From the human T2T-CHM13v2.0 reference genome, Homo sapiens, in the NCBI RefSeq assembly GCF_009914755.1, contig NC_060929.1: a DNA stretch of 64,000 bases. One strand, written 5' to 3'. The notes below the pieces were generated by a model. It saw only the letters and a list, made by a program, of their open reading frames with translations, did no database searches and was not told where the DNA came from. Both the position numbers and the translations under genes were made by a program. Positions 11,884 to 25,810 of the stretch are shown in pieces; the first letter of the stretch is position 1; every line of letters starts with the position of its first letter.

Positions 11884-14254
11884 CTATTTTAATACTGATT
11901 GTGATGCAATGGAGATATAGCTTTAAAGTAATATTAAAAGAGAAAATAGATTCCAAATCTTATTGAGTTACTTATTTCACTCTAAGAATGAAAACAAGAG
12001 GGAGGATACTTAAGGAGAGAGGATTAAATGATTCAACAGTAAACAAAAAAGTATGGCATGAGAGTTCTGTGGGAATATAAACTTTTTTGTTGTAAAACAT
12101 CCTGTAATGTTTTGGCAAAGCATAAATATTTTTAGAGTGTGTCTAACTTAGACAAATGGCATAGAATTCTGTGAGCATTTGTTTGAGGAAGTTAAAGATA
12201 AACTTCATTTCAGACATCTGCACAGCACCCTGATCACAGCTCCCTGGAAGAAGATGGGGCAGACTGGAAAATTAAGTTGATTTTCGTGAAGACATTCTTG
12301 AAGGGGTGAGGACAATGAAAAGTGATACAGATAAATAAGTGTGCAAGAAATGTGAACACAGGCCAGTTTCATCACAGAATTGTGCCACTCAGCTACATCT
12401 AAAATGCTCTTGTTTGTGCCTTCATATCATTTATTCTGAATTGTGTATTTTATGACTTCATAGAGTTTGTAAAATTAACTCATTAAACGGAAATGACTTT
12501 GAAGCTAATATGGTTAACTAGCACAGTATTTGAAAACTGACTTATAGGCAATGTATTTAATAACATTTGGTTTCGATACAGAATGTTTTATCTTAACATT
12601 ACACAAAACAATTGTAGCTAGTCCCAGTTATATTTAAGGCACATAATTAATGGTACTTGGTATTTGGACAATATTGCTAGTTATTAGATGTTGGCTACAC
12701 TTGTAGTCCATATTTGCAGGGCAACTAGTTAATGTGATTAATAATCTGAAATATTCAGCTCCTGTATCTGATTTGATCTAGTTCTGATCTAAAGTTTGGA
12801 ATCCTTAAAATATGATTAAGGCCAGATAACATAAGCATTCTAGCACTCATTATTGCATTTTCCCCTTTACTAAAAAAATTTTAATTTTCAACAACATTTT
12901 AAGACACTTAACATAGCAATTGCTTTTTTCATGTAATATATTAAAAATACAATAACTAAAACCAAAAACTCATACCATGAAATAATCTGTCAAAGGATGA
13001 AGTTTTCTGTTGTATTGGTGTGTTATGGTATTTTTTTCACATGTAAAACCATGTACGACACATGTATGGTGCAATAAACAAATGTTCTAAGCTCAAGTGA
13101 TCATTCAGCTGTGAGTTTTGTAGGACACCTGGCATATTGTAGACATTCCAAATATACAGGCATCATCTGCCTGAATACAAAATTGAGATAATTTTGTACT
13201 TAACAATTACCTGCAATTACAACATGAACAGTGCCATATGTCAATCTGAACTACAACTTATGATTGTTGTCAGCTTATAACTATTAATTTTTAAAAGAAT
13301 TTATTTAGAATCATGCAAGTAGTTCAACTGCACGTTTTTCACTGAGAATGGGAGGTAACATGATAATTATGAATATTTTATATTTAACATTTTAAATTTT
13401 AATTATCTTTTTCATTATGAATAAGATATATGATCTGTAGAAAAATTTATTATTAGAAAACTTTAAAAACAAGTCTGTTACCATGAGATATAATCAATGC
13501 TTTCCTTCCCAATTCAAACATGTTTTCAGACAAATTTGTTGTTCTTGGCATTTTAAAAAATATTATTGGTTACCAGACGTTGGTTACACTTTTCATCCAT
13601 ATTTGCAGGCAATTAGTTTACTCTTTATTTCTTAATATTTCAATAGTAATTATGTTATTAAAATATTTTTATATTGTCTATTTTCAATATATATGTACTT
13701 ATTTATACCTAGTATGTCATTTTAAGGAGTTATTACAATCATTAACTTACTATTAAACATTTACTCCCTCTATCCTCAATTTTTCTATTAAAATTAACAT
13801 TCCCACACAATCATAATCCTTTCATCCTGGGCCACATATCTCTTCATTCCTACAGCACAAATTCAAATAATTAAGGCTACTTGGTCAAAGGAAATGATTT
13901 TAAAAATAAACAAAAAAGGCCTTTTAAACATAAAAGAAACATACAAATAATAGTAATTCCTAATGACTATATAACATTCCGTATTGTGCGTGCATGAATG
14001 AATATGAAAATTTTTAACCAATCCCTTGTTGATGTTCATTTAATTTGTTTCCAATTCTTTTACTATCAGAAGAAAAACAGACTCAACTCTCATGTGTATT
14101 TATTTGCCCACTGGTGCAACTGTTTCCTTATAGACACTAAGAACCTGGCATTTGAAATGTGATACACATTGTTTCATTTATCTTCAGGAAAATTACACTC
14201 TTCCATCTGCTATATAAAATAACTCTTTACACACCAATCCCATTTTTAAATAAA

Positions 14255-14670
14255 ATTTTACATTTAAATACATTTTATTTTTTAAAAAATTGATACATAA
14301 TAATTGTACATATTTATGAGGTATCTAGTGATGTTTCCATACTGCAATGTCTAATGATCAGATCAGGGTAATTATCATGTCTATCATTTCAAACATTTAT
14401 TATTTCTTTTTGTTCAGAATCCTCCTTGTAACTATTTGAAACCATATAATATATTACAGTCAACTATAGTCATCTGACAGTGGTATAGAAAACTAGAAAT
14501 TATTTCTCCTATCTAGCTGTAATCTTATTTCCTTTATCAAATCTCTACCTAACTTCCCATGCCCTCTAACTTCCCAGTCTGTAGTATCCTCTGTTCTACT
14601 TTTTACTTCTATGAGATCAACTTTTTTTAGCTTCTACACAAGTGAGAACACGTGTGCTTAACTTTCTGTA
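14255..14670 (-). mobile_element. L1MA 3' end (antisense on + strand)
   Basis: tgatacataataattgtacatatttatgagg...gagatcaactttttttagcttctacacaagtgagaaca is the reverse L1MA 3' UTR. Confidence 0.8.
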
Positions 14671-14767
14671 TATTTTTGACAATTGAAAAGTGGCATTTTT
14701 ACCTTTAATCTACATAAATGTCACTAAGTGGCATTTAATTTATATTTTCTTAATTGTTCAGTGTCAC

Positions 14768-14771
<4 letters not shown>

Positions 14772-14814
<43 letters not shown>
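14772..14814. repeat. (TA)n microsatellite
   Basis: About 21 perfect TA units. Confidence 0.95.
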
Positions 14815-14823
<9 letters not shown>

Positions 14824-15175
14824 CATGTTCTTTGTCTATTACCTATTGGATTAGAAATTTTCCTGCTGATTTTTAAGAATTATTTATATAGTATCATATG
14901 TGGTTTCTGTTATATTTGTTGCATTTTTTTTCTAATTTGCTATGTCACTTAATTTTATTTTTAGCACAAGTTTTCAATTTTACTATACTCAAATGTATCA
15001 ATTACTGTTTTCATGATTGCATATTTTTGTATGGCTAAAAAGATAATTTACTTGATTAGATCAGTTAAATCTACAATTTTCTCTGAGTTTTCCTTTCAAG
15101 TTTTATTTTATTCTTTCTTGCCCTTACTGAACCATCTTGGTTTTATGTGTATACATAATGTGACATAGGATCACA

Positions 15176-15176
<1 letters not shown>

Positions 15177-15208
<32 letters not shown>
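15177..15208. repeat. (TA)n microsatellite
   Basis: About 16 TA units. Confidence 0.93.
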
Positions 15209-15212
<4 letters not shown>

Positions 15213-15795
15213 AGAACATAATTTTTTCAACACTATTTGTTTTATAATCTATTTCTTCTTTGTTCTATCCCCCTACCTGAGTGATTCTTACAAGGTTTGC
15301 ACTTTCTTCTAGAAATTAATAGTATTAATCATCATCATCCACCAGTATATATCTTGATAAAGGTTTCTTGTATTGCTTTGGACAGAACAAAGTTGGTGCA
15401 TTCAAGCTGCAGACTGTTTTCTAGGAGAAGACATGCTCAAAAGGTTTTCTTGAGTTATATTTTAAAATATTGCTTCTGCTTCTTTTTGGTGTCTCATTCT
15501 AGAAGGCCAGTTGTCCAAAAGCTGAGTTTTTATTTCTGAGGTTTTTTTTTGTAATATTTTCTCACTCATCCTTTTCATTTATTTATTATTTTCCTCTGCA
15601 TTCTCAGAGAGTTTCTCCATTCTGTCCTTAATATTATAGATTTATTTTTGGTAATGCAATTTTAACATATATTTTAATCTATATTTTGAAATATATTTCA
15701 GGGAAATTGGAAAAATATAGCACCTCTCTTATTTTCTCAGCATTAATCTTACCTTCTCTATTACTCCTCTATTATGTCATAAAGAAAAAAATATC

Positions 15796-16053
15796 TTTTT
15801 TTCTTTTTTTTTTTTTTAAAGAGACAGGGCCTTGCTCTGTCACCCAAGTTAGAGTGAAGTGCATGATCATAGGTCATTGCAGCCTCAAACTCCTAGGCTC
15901 AAGCCATCCTCTTGTCTCAGCCTCCTGAGTAGCTAGGGGCATGCACCTCCATGCCTGGTTAACCTTTTATTTTTTGCAGAAAGTGCCTTGCTATGTTGTC
16001 CAGGTTGGTGTTGAACTCCTGACCTCAAGCAATCCTCCACCCTTAGCCTCCAA
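15796..16053 (-). mobile_element. Alu, old AluJ-like, 5'-truncated
   Basis: Poly-T then gagacagggccttgctctgtcaccca...gaactcctgacctcaagcaatcctccacc. Confidence 0.88.
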
Positions 16054-16499
16054 AAATATTTTTATATATGCTCTTGAAATTTGGTTGTTTTTTTTATCCG
16101 TAGAATATGTCCCACTTAAAATTTTTTTTTCATACATTTAGAAAAATCCCTATTCTTTTCTTGTTCTGCACATTTAAAAAATAGGACCTATATTATCTTG
16201 TTTTCCCTTCCTTTACTTAACTTGAAATGACAGAGAAGAGTCCTGGTGTTTGTCACATGCCAGTCATATAAGCTCCTCTTTGTCCCTTACCATCTATCAA
16301 GCAGTTGCAAGAATTTCTTAGACTTTCTACCAATGCCCAGCAGACATTTAGGCAGTACAGTTTATCTGGTCTAAAGCACAAGACTCTCCTCCTCTTGCTG
16401 TTTTCCTCTGAATATAGAAAAGTTATTTATTTTCTTAATAATCCAAAATCCAAAGCTTTCTGTTATTTTTTATTCAATGGAGATTTTGCTGAGATAACT

Positions 16500-16660
16500 G
16501 AACATCCATTGTTTATTTCTCTATTATATAATTTATGTATTATCACAATGTTGTCAATCTTCTCTTGTCAAAATGTAAAATCACAGGGGCAGACAACTTG
16601 GTCTATGTTATTTGGCATGTGCCTGGCCTATATGTTTCATGAAATATCTACTGAATGAAC
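16500..16660 (+). mobile_element. L2 3' end fragment
   Basis: aaatgtaaaatcacaggggcag...gtgcctggcctata...aaatatctactgaatgaac resembles the L2 terminus. Confidence 0.55.
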
Positions 16661-18327
16661 AGTTTCATATTTTAGGATTAAGTAAGCTAATGCATCCAAT
16701 GTGTATTCTATTCATCTTTGTCACATTTGTATTACTGAAGGTTTACTCTGTCTGCAAATGGGAATGGTGGGGTGTTAGGAAGTCAAGTACTGACTACAGC
16801 AAGATGTTTCTGGTTGTGGCAACATGACCACTGAGCCTCTAGCCTGCTGTGCAGGCTCTGAGTCTTGGCCACTGCTGCCCTGATTCAGATGTCACAGTTC
16901 ACACACTGTAGTGACAGGAAGACACTGCCCAGAGACTGCAAAGTTACCAACAGGCATCCCAATGCACATAAATTTGTGCCCATCATCAACAGGATGATGG
17001 GAAGGGAATGAAAGCCTGCAGCAGTCATGACTCATAAGTGGAATGAGTAAAATAATGTATGTGATTTACTCATAACCATAATACAGGAACACTAAAAATC
17101 AGGTATACTTTATCAGCTCCAGGGAAACTTTCCAAATATAGTTGTCAGCAGTGTTTGAAAAAACTCAACCAGGCTTCACTAAGACTCCATGTATACGAAT
17201 GAAAGTCCATCCATCAAGATCTCATTAAATTTCAAGTGAGTTTAAAAGATAAAAACAGCCAAAATTATAAACCTTATTAACAAGCACATTTGGAGTTAAT
17301 AAAATGATATTATAAAGATTAAATATAATGTTCTTGTATTAAGTCATGACATATTTTTTAAAACTTGAATTTCTGTCTTTTAAAATGAGCAGATCTTTAT
17401 AATATCCTGTATGCATTTTATTTTGAAATTGTTCTGAAAAAATAATTCTCAAATAATTTTAGTTATAAGTAACTAAAATTGACATCAAGTTAGGCTAATT
17501 ATCCAATTTCTTCAAGACCTGTGTCAGAGAGATTAAAGCATATTTGAAGAAAAATATAAAACATTGGAAAGTTTTAGGAAAAAGAATCACCCTTTTCTTA
17601 CTGGATTACTGAAAGTGACTTTCTGCTGAGTTCATCAAAAATAAAATCACCCTGGGTGAGCAGAATTAACATATCTTCCTTATTTGCCTTTCAAGCCTGA
17701 TTTTGATTAGTCTGGGGACTTTGACTTATTACATGAATAAAAAATTCAGGGTGGTGGTTAATTGAATTAGTCTATAATTGATAGGGTCATTATTAATTGA
17801 TTAATGGAGATTTAATACAAGTTTTTGATCAAAGAGCATAATGATATCCAATAAAGATTTTTCAGGTACTTTAATTACAGCAGTGACTGCACAAATAAAG
17901 TAGAAAACACAGACAATTATCAGTAAATAATTTGCATGTGATTTAGAAAACAATTACATACTTTTAAGTAGGACCTGAAAGAGTTTGTTTTTTAGTATTT
18001 TTTGATAGCACAGTGTGAACGTTGTATAGGTCAGCATTGTGTCAGGATCTTTTGGATAGCTAAAGACTCAGTGAGCTGGTGATCAGACTTGCAGGTACTT
18101 CAAGTAGCTACAATTTAGTTGATTGTTTACACGTGTAAAAACTATCTGAATATATCTTTGACAATTACTTTACTGAATATAATTTTATGCAAAGTGTTGT
18201 ATTATGTAAAGCCATTATATAAAGACTGGTGTTTCCAAACACAAAACATCTATATACAAATTTGTGTGTCAATATGTAGAACTACATGCATCTTATTCTG
18301 TGGCAAATACCATAAGAACTGAAAATA

Positions 18328-18406
18328 TAGGTTGGTGCAAAAGTAATTGTGGTTTTGACCATTAAAAGTAATTGGAAAAACCACAATTACTTTTGGACCA
18401 ACTTAA
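18328..18406. mobile_element. MADE1 MITE (Hsmar1-derived mariner), ~80-bp palindrome with TA target sites
   Basis: taggttggtgcaaaagtaattgtggtttt...aaaaccacaattacttttggaccaacttaa inverted TIRs; TA at 18326-27 and 18407-08. Confidence 0.93.
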
Positions 18407-21139
18407 TAAAACATCCGCAGAGTAAAGTATATTGTAATAGCAAATCACATTGCATAACTAAGTATTAGGAGGTCCTTGAAAGTTTGGAAAACTGACAGAA
18501 CACACAATGTATTTTTGTGCTTTGTGCTTGCTGGAGGAGCTATGCATTTTATGTTGATATAAAATTTAACCATTCTTACAATTTGTAAATCGTCCACAGA
18601 GTCCTTTACATCATTTTGTTTCATCAGACCATGTGAGCCTGAATTCTAGATTTTTTTAGTCTTAGTTGGATATGTGCATGTTTTATGGTGATTGCTTTTT
18701 AGGCTAAAACAAAAACAACAATCCAAAGAAACCCAGATGTAACTTTTTTCCCTTTGACCTTATCAAAGGAAGTGGAAGGGGCATGGCCTCTTAGAAATCA
18801 AGCAGAAGGTAAATGCTTCAAATCGCTTTGGGAAAATGTGCCATCAACGTTAGCAGTCGAAAAACAGCCCAGGTCAGCAGAGAGTTTGGAAAAGATTGGA
18901 GGGGAGAGAAGAGGGAGATGACTCAGCAGGAACAGAATTGCCTGCGGATTCTGGGGTTAAGAGCCACTGACACAGAAAGTGGACTGCCCCAAAGGATGAC
19001 AATTAAAAAAAAAATTTTTTTGTTCAAAGATCAGAGTATACATATAGTAGGAATAAAAGGGATACGAATTATTTCCATTCAAATGCATGGTCCGTAACAC
19101 TGTGAGCATTATATTTGTATAACAAGGGCAAAGAGCCTCCAGCAGATCTGGCAGGGCTATCTAGTTCCTCAGCATTTCAGTCACCATAAATTATACTTGT
19201 AGTCTTAGAGAGCCTCATTAAAAGTCATGATTATAGACTTTCTCACTGAATACCCATAAAATCAACATGTTTTATCTACTCATATTTATATTAATTTATT
19301 TATTGTGTATATATATCTTATGTATATTCTTCTTCTGTTATTGATGCTAATTTCCATTTGCTTTGTTCTCTGTAGAAATAAGGAGCAGCTGTTGTATTCT
19401 TAAAACTCCAATCTCATCAATCTTTTCCTTTAGGTCCTAATATCTATTTCCTTAATATAGTTACCAAGGTCTTTTGAGCTTAATAAATGGTAAAGTATAG
19501 AACCAGATGTTGAATGCTGATAAAATCTGAATATGATTTAATGAGTATATTTTAATTAAGTCCTACAGTACGATGTGGCCTGAGTATTTCTATGATGAAG
19601 CCCAAAAAACATATATGGCTATAGTTATAAAGTTCTGGCTTGAATGTAAGGTATATAACTTTCATAAAATATTTTGTTCTTGACTGCATGTGAGCAATAA
19701 GATGCTTAGACTTTACTTCTTTTGAGAAATGGCCTACATTTAAGGGACTCATATATATGCCTCTCTCAGAAATTACACAAGGGCTAATTTCTTTCTGCAC
19801 TCAGCACCAAATAACCTTATATTTTAAAAATCACAGTCTTAAGCTCTAAAACTATTCATGCACTGTACTTTCTATTACTATAAAATAGCTCATAAACCAC
19901 AATCTTAAATTAGGTATAGAATTAATAAATCACTTGAAACAAACTCATTATATTAAACTTATTTTTTTGCATATGTATTCAAGATTTTAAAAACTTCTCA
20001 AGTTATAGTTCACTTAACTGAGGACTCATTTGTAGATTTAAATAAAGAATTTTATAAGACACCTCCATCTGTTGAACATTTTTTACATAACTGTCTTTGA
20101 TATTTGATGGAAGGCTTCAGGCTCAAAGCTGCTGACATTTTAAACATAATTTGAAAAAAATCAGATGTGACATCAACAGGAAATAGATGTATAATTCCTT
20201 TTTTATATATTATAAGTGTTTAAGGATCCTGAATTCCAAAGATATTTTTAATGAAGTTGAAACACTGTTTTAAACAAAAGAGGAATCTTGTAAAAATTAT
20301 TAGAATGACACTAAAAGTATAATATCAGAAAATTAACTTACAGTGGAAACAATCAACATGGAGGCATCAGAACAAAAACAAATAAAAAAACTATCCTCAT
20401 AAACAACTCACCAGATACGTCTCAAGCTTCTGGCTTATTGTATTAAAAGAGGTTATTTTGACATGCCTTTCCAATTATGAATAAATCTGTTACATTTCAA
20501 GAAATGCTAAAATATCTATTACTTTAGGAATTAGAATATAAGCTATGACATAAAATTTATGTTAAACAGAATCACTATAGGCCCAACACAAATGACTCCT
20601 GAAAGTCTTCCTAAGACACTAAGAACAGAGGTCACACACATACATATTTATACTGCCAGATTAATACTCTGTATTTTGAAAAACATGGCCTTGTGTTGGG
20701 ATGCATTGCTTCCAACTCTTTTGTAGAGTAGCATTTTCTTTAAAAAGTAACAGACAATGACATAAGTTGTCATGTTGACAATATGCTTCAGGAACGAGAA
20801 ATATCCTTGTTGTTTGGGAGATTGAAAGGTAAACTGTCAAGACTAATTCTGAAATAACACTTTTTTTCTGGAAAGCTTTCATGTCAAACAACTAATGTGC
20901 TGTATTTTCAAGAGGGAAATAATAATAACAATTCATTAATACAGCCCAGGCATTAATGAATGTGTCAAACATTTGTACACTGAGAATGCTTTTTGCCATA
21001 GACTTTTTAGCAGACACATTTTATTAAATCAAGAACTTTCCCTAATCTATTTATTTGCAATGAAAATTTTAAATCATGAATGACTCTATCAGATTCTATG
21101 AAATTATATCTCTTTTCATATTAAGATAATCATGCAGGT

Positions 21140-22370
21140 TTCTTTTTTAATTAATTAATACAAAACCATCACCCAACCAACCCGAGAACTGTGACATCGA
21201 CAATACCTATGTTAACCCTGTTTAGCCTGTCCTTTACTTCTCCCCACCAAGTATACTCAATCCTAAATTGTTTATTGTGCCCTTGCTTTTTAAAATATAA
21301 TTTTATAATTATGAATGTACTCCTAAATAATAATATTTAGTCTTGTCATAAAATTTATAAAGAATTTCATACAGGAATCTTCTGGAACTTGTTTCTAAAA
21401 CTCAATATTATATTACTAAGGTTCAACTAAATGTTTGTTTATAAAGTTACTTTATTTTTACTGCACCATAACATTCCATATATGCATAAATGACAATATA
21501 TTTATCTCTTCTCCTGTCATTAGTATTTGATTGTTTCCAGTTTTTGGCTTTTAAAATCAGTGTGAGGAACGTTCTTATACTTATCGCTTGGTAAAGATAC
21601 TCAAAATTTTTACTTGAAAATATATCTAGGAGTAAGATGTTTTTGGTTGATGAGTATACGAATGTTTAACTTTACAAGATAAGAACAATTTTCAAATATG
21701 GTTTTGCCAATTTGTGCTACCACCATCAAGATATCTACATCCTTCAGCTTTAATTTCCTAACTTGGTGATTACCATTAGAAGATTTTTTTCAAGTGAAAA
21801 CATTTTATGCATTTCTGAAATAAATTTTCCTTTACTAGAAAACATATTTAAATGTTGATGTATTCTATTTGCTAATATTCTATTAAAGACTTCTACATCA
21901 TTGTTCACAAGGAAGATTCTCAATCAATTTTTTTTCTTGTACTCTCTTTATCCACTTTTGGTGCCAGGAAGTCATGGTTTAACAAAAGAATTTGCGAAGC
22001 TTCACTCTCTGTCTTCTGTGGAGTAGTTTGTGTAACACAGAGAATATATGTTTTCTGAAAGCTATAAAGTCTAATTCAATATCTTTAATTATAAGTCTAT
22101 TCAAGATTCCTTTTCTTTTTCCCTTGCTTTTTCTCTTGAACATATATATGGGTTTTCAACTTCTCTGAGTAAGTTTTGGTAATGTTTCTTTTACTATAAC
22201 AATTTTTACTACATTTTAAATGCATTGGCATAAAGATGTTTATATTAAATTTTTTCTACTTAGTCCATATTTCAGCCTACTTTTTCATAGTGAATATTTT
22301 TTCTTTCTTTATTCTCTTGGATAATTTTGTCAACATTTTAACCATTTCATTAGTTTTCTTCAAAGAACCA
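21140..22370 (-). mobile_element. Old L1M (L1ME-like) fragments: 3' region and part of ORF2
   Basis: Reverse L1 motifs (tttgattgtttccagtttttggct; tattctatttgctaatattctatt). Confidence 0.6.
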
Positions 22371-22539
22371 CCTTCTAAACCTAGAAATAAAAGGCGATTT
22401 CTTTTAATGAGTAACAGATTTCCTATTCACTTTTACAGCAAAATTAAATGCAGGGTGAAATTCTGGAAGAATCTCCTTCAAATCAGATAGCAGGTATCAT
22501 GTTCCAACAACCTCTTGTCTTAAACGCTATACTGAAGAC

Positions 22540-24220
22540 TTTATATAAAACAATAACAAGAGAAAAGAAATAAGCATATAAAATGAAATAGGAGATACAA
22601 AATTGCTGCTGTAAGCATATGATATAATAGAAAAGGAAAAGACTACAAACACACTTTACAATGAATAAGATAGTTTAGCAAGGTTAGTTGATACAAGATT
22701 GTTATTGGAAATCTGTAACATTTCTATCCACTAGGCTCATCCAAATAGAAAATGTAAATTTTAGAAACCCATTCACTACAACGACAAATGTTTTTATGGT
22801 ATTACAGAATGGGCATCTACACAGAGATTGAAGTCCTTAATAAAAAACAATTTTAACACCTTTGAATAACTCAACAGAATACCTAAATAAATGAAAAGAT
22901 ATAACATATGTCATAAATGAGAAGCCTCAATGTAAAAAAGATATCAATTTACTCTAAAAGTCAGCACATTTAAAAACAAAATTCCTTCAGAATTTTGGAG
23001 AAATGTGCTAAACTGATTTGAAAATCTATGTGAAAAAATGAGGGACCAGGAAAAACCTAGATAATTTGCTGCATGGCTAGTGGTGGTAATAGGGTGAGGT
23101 ACTATTGCCGCCTAAGATTAACCCTTAAAATAAGTAAAGCTATACAATTAAACAGTGATACTGTTATAAGGATAGACAAGCAGAAAATCATAACAAAACA
23201 AAGACAGAAACAGGGTCATCTGAAAGCTTGGTATGGATTGGAAATGAGAACAACCCAACGGAAGTTGGACTCAATAAAAGATGCTACAGAAATTGGCTGT
23301 TTATACAGAAAATGAGTCCTTCTTTTCACAGTATCCCAAATTAAATCCCCATAGGCTAAATCTCTTAAATGTAAAAAGTGAAACTTCAAGTATTTCAGGA
23401 GAAAATATGAAAGCTAGCATTTGTGACATGAAGTAGAAAGTAATTTTTAAGCAAAACATAAAAATGACACATTTTACTATATTAAAATGAAAATTTCCAT
23501 ACAACTAAAACATAGTAAACAAAATCAAAAGAAAACATAGAGTCTGAGAGAAGATATTCTTACAAAAGTCCTAAGAACTATGATAAATTGTTACAAAGGC
23601 AAACAAACCCATAGAAAAATTACAGACAAGAGAGACATAGGTAACTCAGAGAGTCTGAAACTCTTTGTAGGATGAGACATAAATGAAAAGATGAGAAGTT
23701 TCATTAGTAATCACGGAAATACAAATTACAACAGCACTTAGATTCTATTTCACATCCCAAACTTAAAAGTTCAACAATACTAAGTGTTAGGTGTTGGCGA
23801 GTAGATAGAGCAAGAATAACTCCCAGGCACTGCTGATGAAAATCCAAATTGGCTTAACAACTTCGTAGGACAAATTAATAATATTTAGTGACATTGAAAA
23901 TGTACACAGCCATTGATTCAGGAATTGCACTCCTAGACATATTTCTGAGATAAATTATCACAAGGAGACATATATAATAAACTTATCTGTAGCATTACTG
24001 TTTTAGCAAATAATTATGAAAAGTTATAAAGTCTATGAACAGAATTGATAACTAAATGGGATTAAAATGGGAATACAATAGAATTATATGTATCAACTTG
24101 GAAAAATCTCAAAAATATATTATTGAACAAATATGAAAACATTAATATAAATGAGATAATACATTGCAGATGAATATGAACGTTTATATTTTTTAACTTT
24201 AAGGTAGCATAGAAAGGTAC
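22540..24220 (+). mobile_element. Old L1M (L1ME-like) ORF2 3' half and 3' UTR
   Basis: Degenerate RT and C-terminal sequence (gtttagcaaggttagttgatacaagat; cattagtaatcacggaaatacaaattacaac; aattgcactcctagacatattt). Confidence 0.7.
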
Positions 24221-24839
24221 CCATGGTAGCTGCATAGACATTGCCATCATTACCTTTTTCTTCTGACACAGCCACCAACTGTCCCAGGACCTCCTGGAAT
24301 GAAGGCTAGGGTGAGGTCTAGATTGGACATATAGGGGCTCTATTGCCTCAATTTGACTCTTCGGAGGTCAAGAATTCTCTTACCATTTATGATTCTAATG
24401 AATACATGAACCATAGGTTCCTATGCAGTAGCCCTAATGGGCCGGGTAACACAGCTCAGAAATTTGATGACATCAATGTCTTGTAGGGCAGACTCTGATC
24501 ACTGAGAAAAGAAATTGGAAAAAACCTAATAGATAACATTCTGCTCCCTTCCCACCTCTCACTGTAACCAATAACATCAATGCACAATGAAACTCTTGAG
24601 ACCCTCTGGAGACTCTGAGCAACTCAGCACCTATGTTTTCTGGTGAAACTGTAGTTAGTTCAATTACTTACAAACATTTTACCTATTTTCCTTTCTTTAG
24701 TTCTGCGTTCTTGCTGTCCTGAGATTGTACCACCTAAAAGTGTCAGCTTAACTTGAGGTGTGTGTTTTTTTTTTTGTTTTTGTTTTTTATGGGCCCTTTG
24801 GCTGAAACAACCATTTATAGAGTATTGTTTATTATTTAC

Positions 24840-25810
<971 letters not shown>

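Larger units (their letters stand above)
13970..15250 (-). mobile_element. Old L1ME-type fragment interrupted by an L1MA 3' end and (TA)n tracts
   Basis: Reverse L1 3' motifs (aaccaatcccttgttgatg...ttgtttccaatt; tatatttgttgcattttttt). Boundaries approximate. Confidence 0.55.

Noticed and set aside
21140-24220. Back-to-back opposite-orientation old L1 pieces as a twin-priming inversion
   Set aside because: Both sides appear to carry their own 3' regions, I found no TSD, and divergence is too high to establish a single event by eye.
24240-24830. Possible old LTR relic between L1 fragments
   Set aside because: Composition is suggestive, but I could not identify termini or a family.
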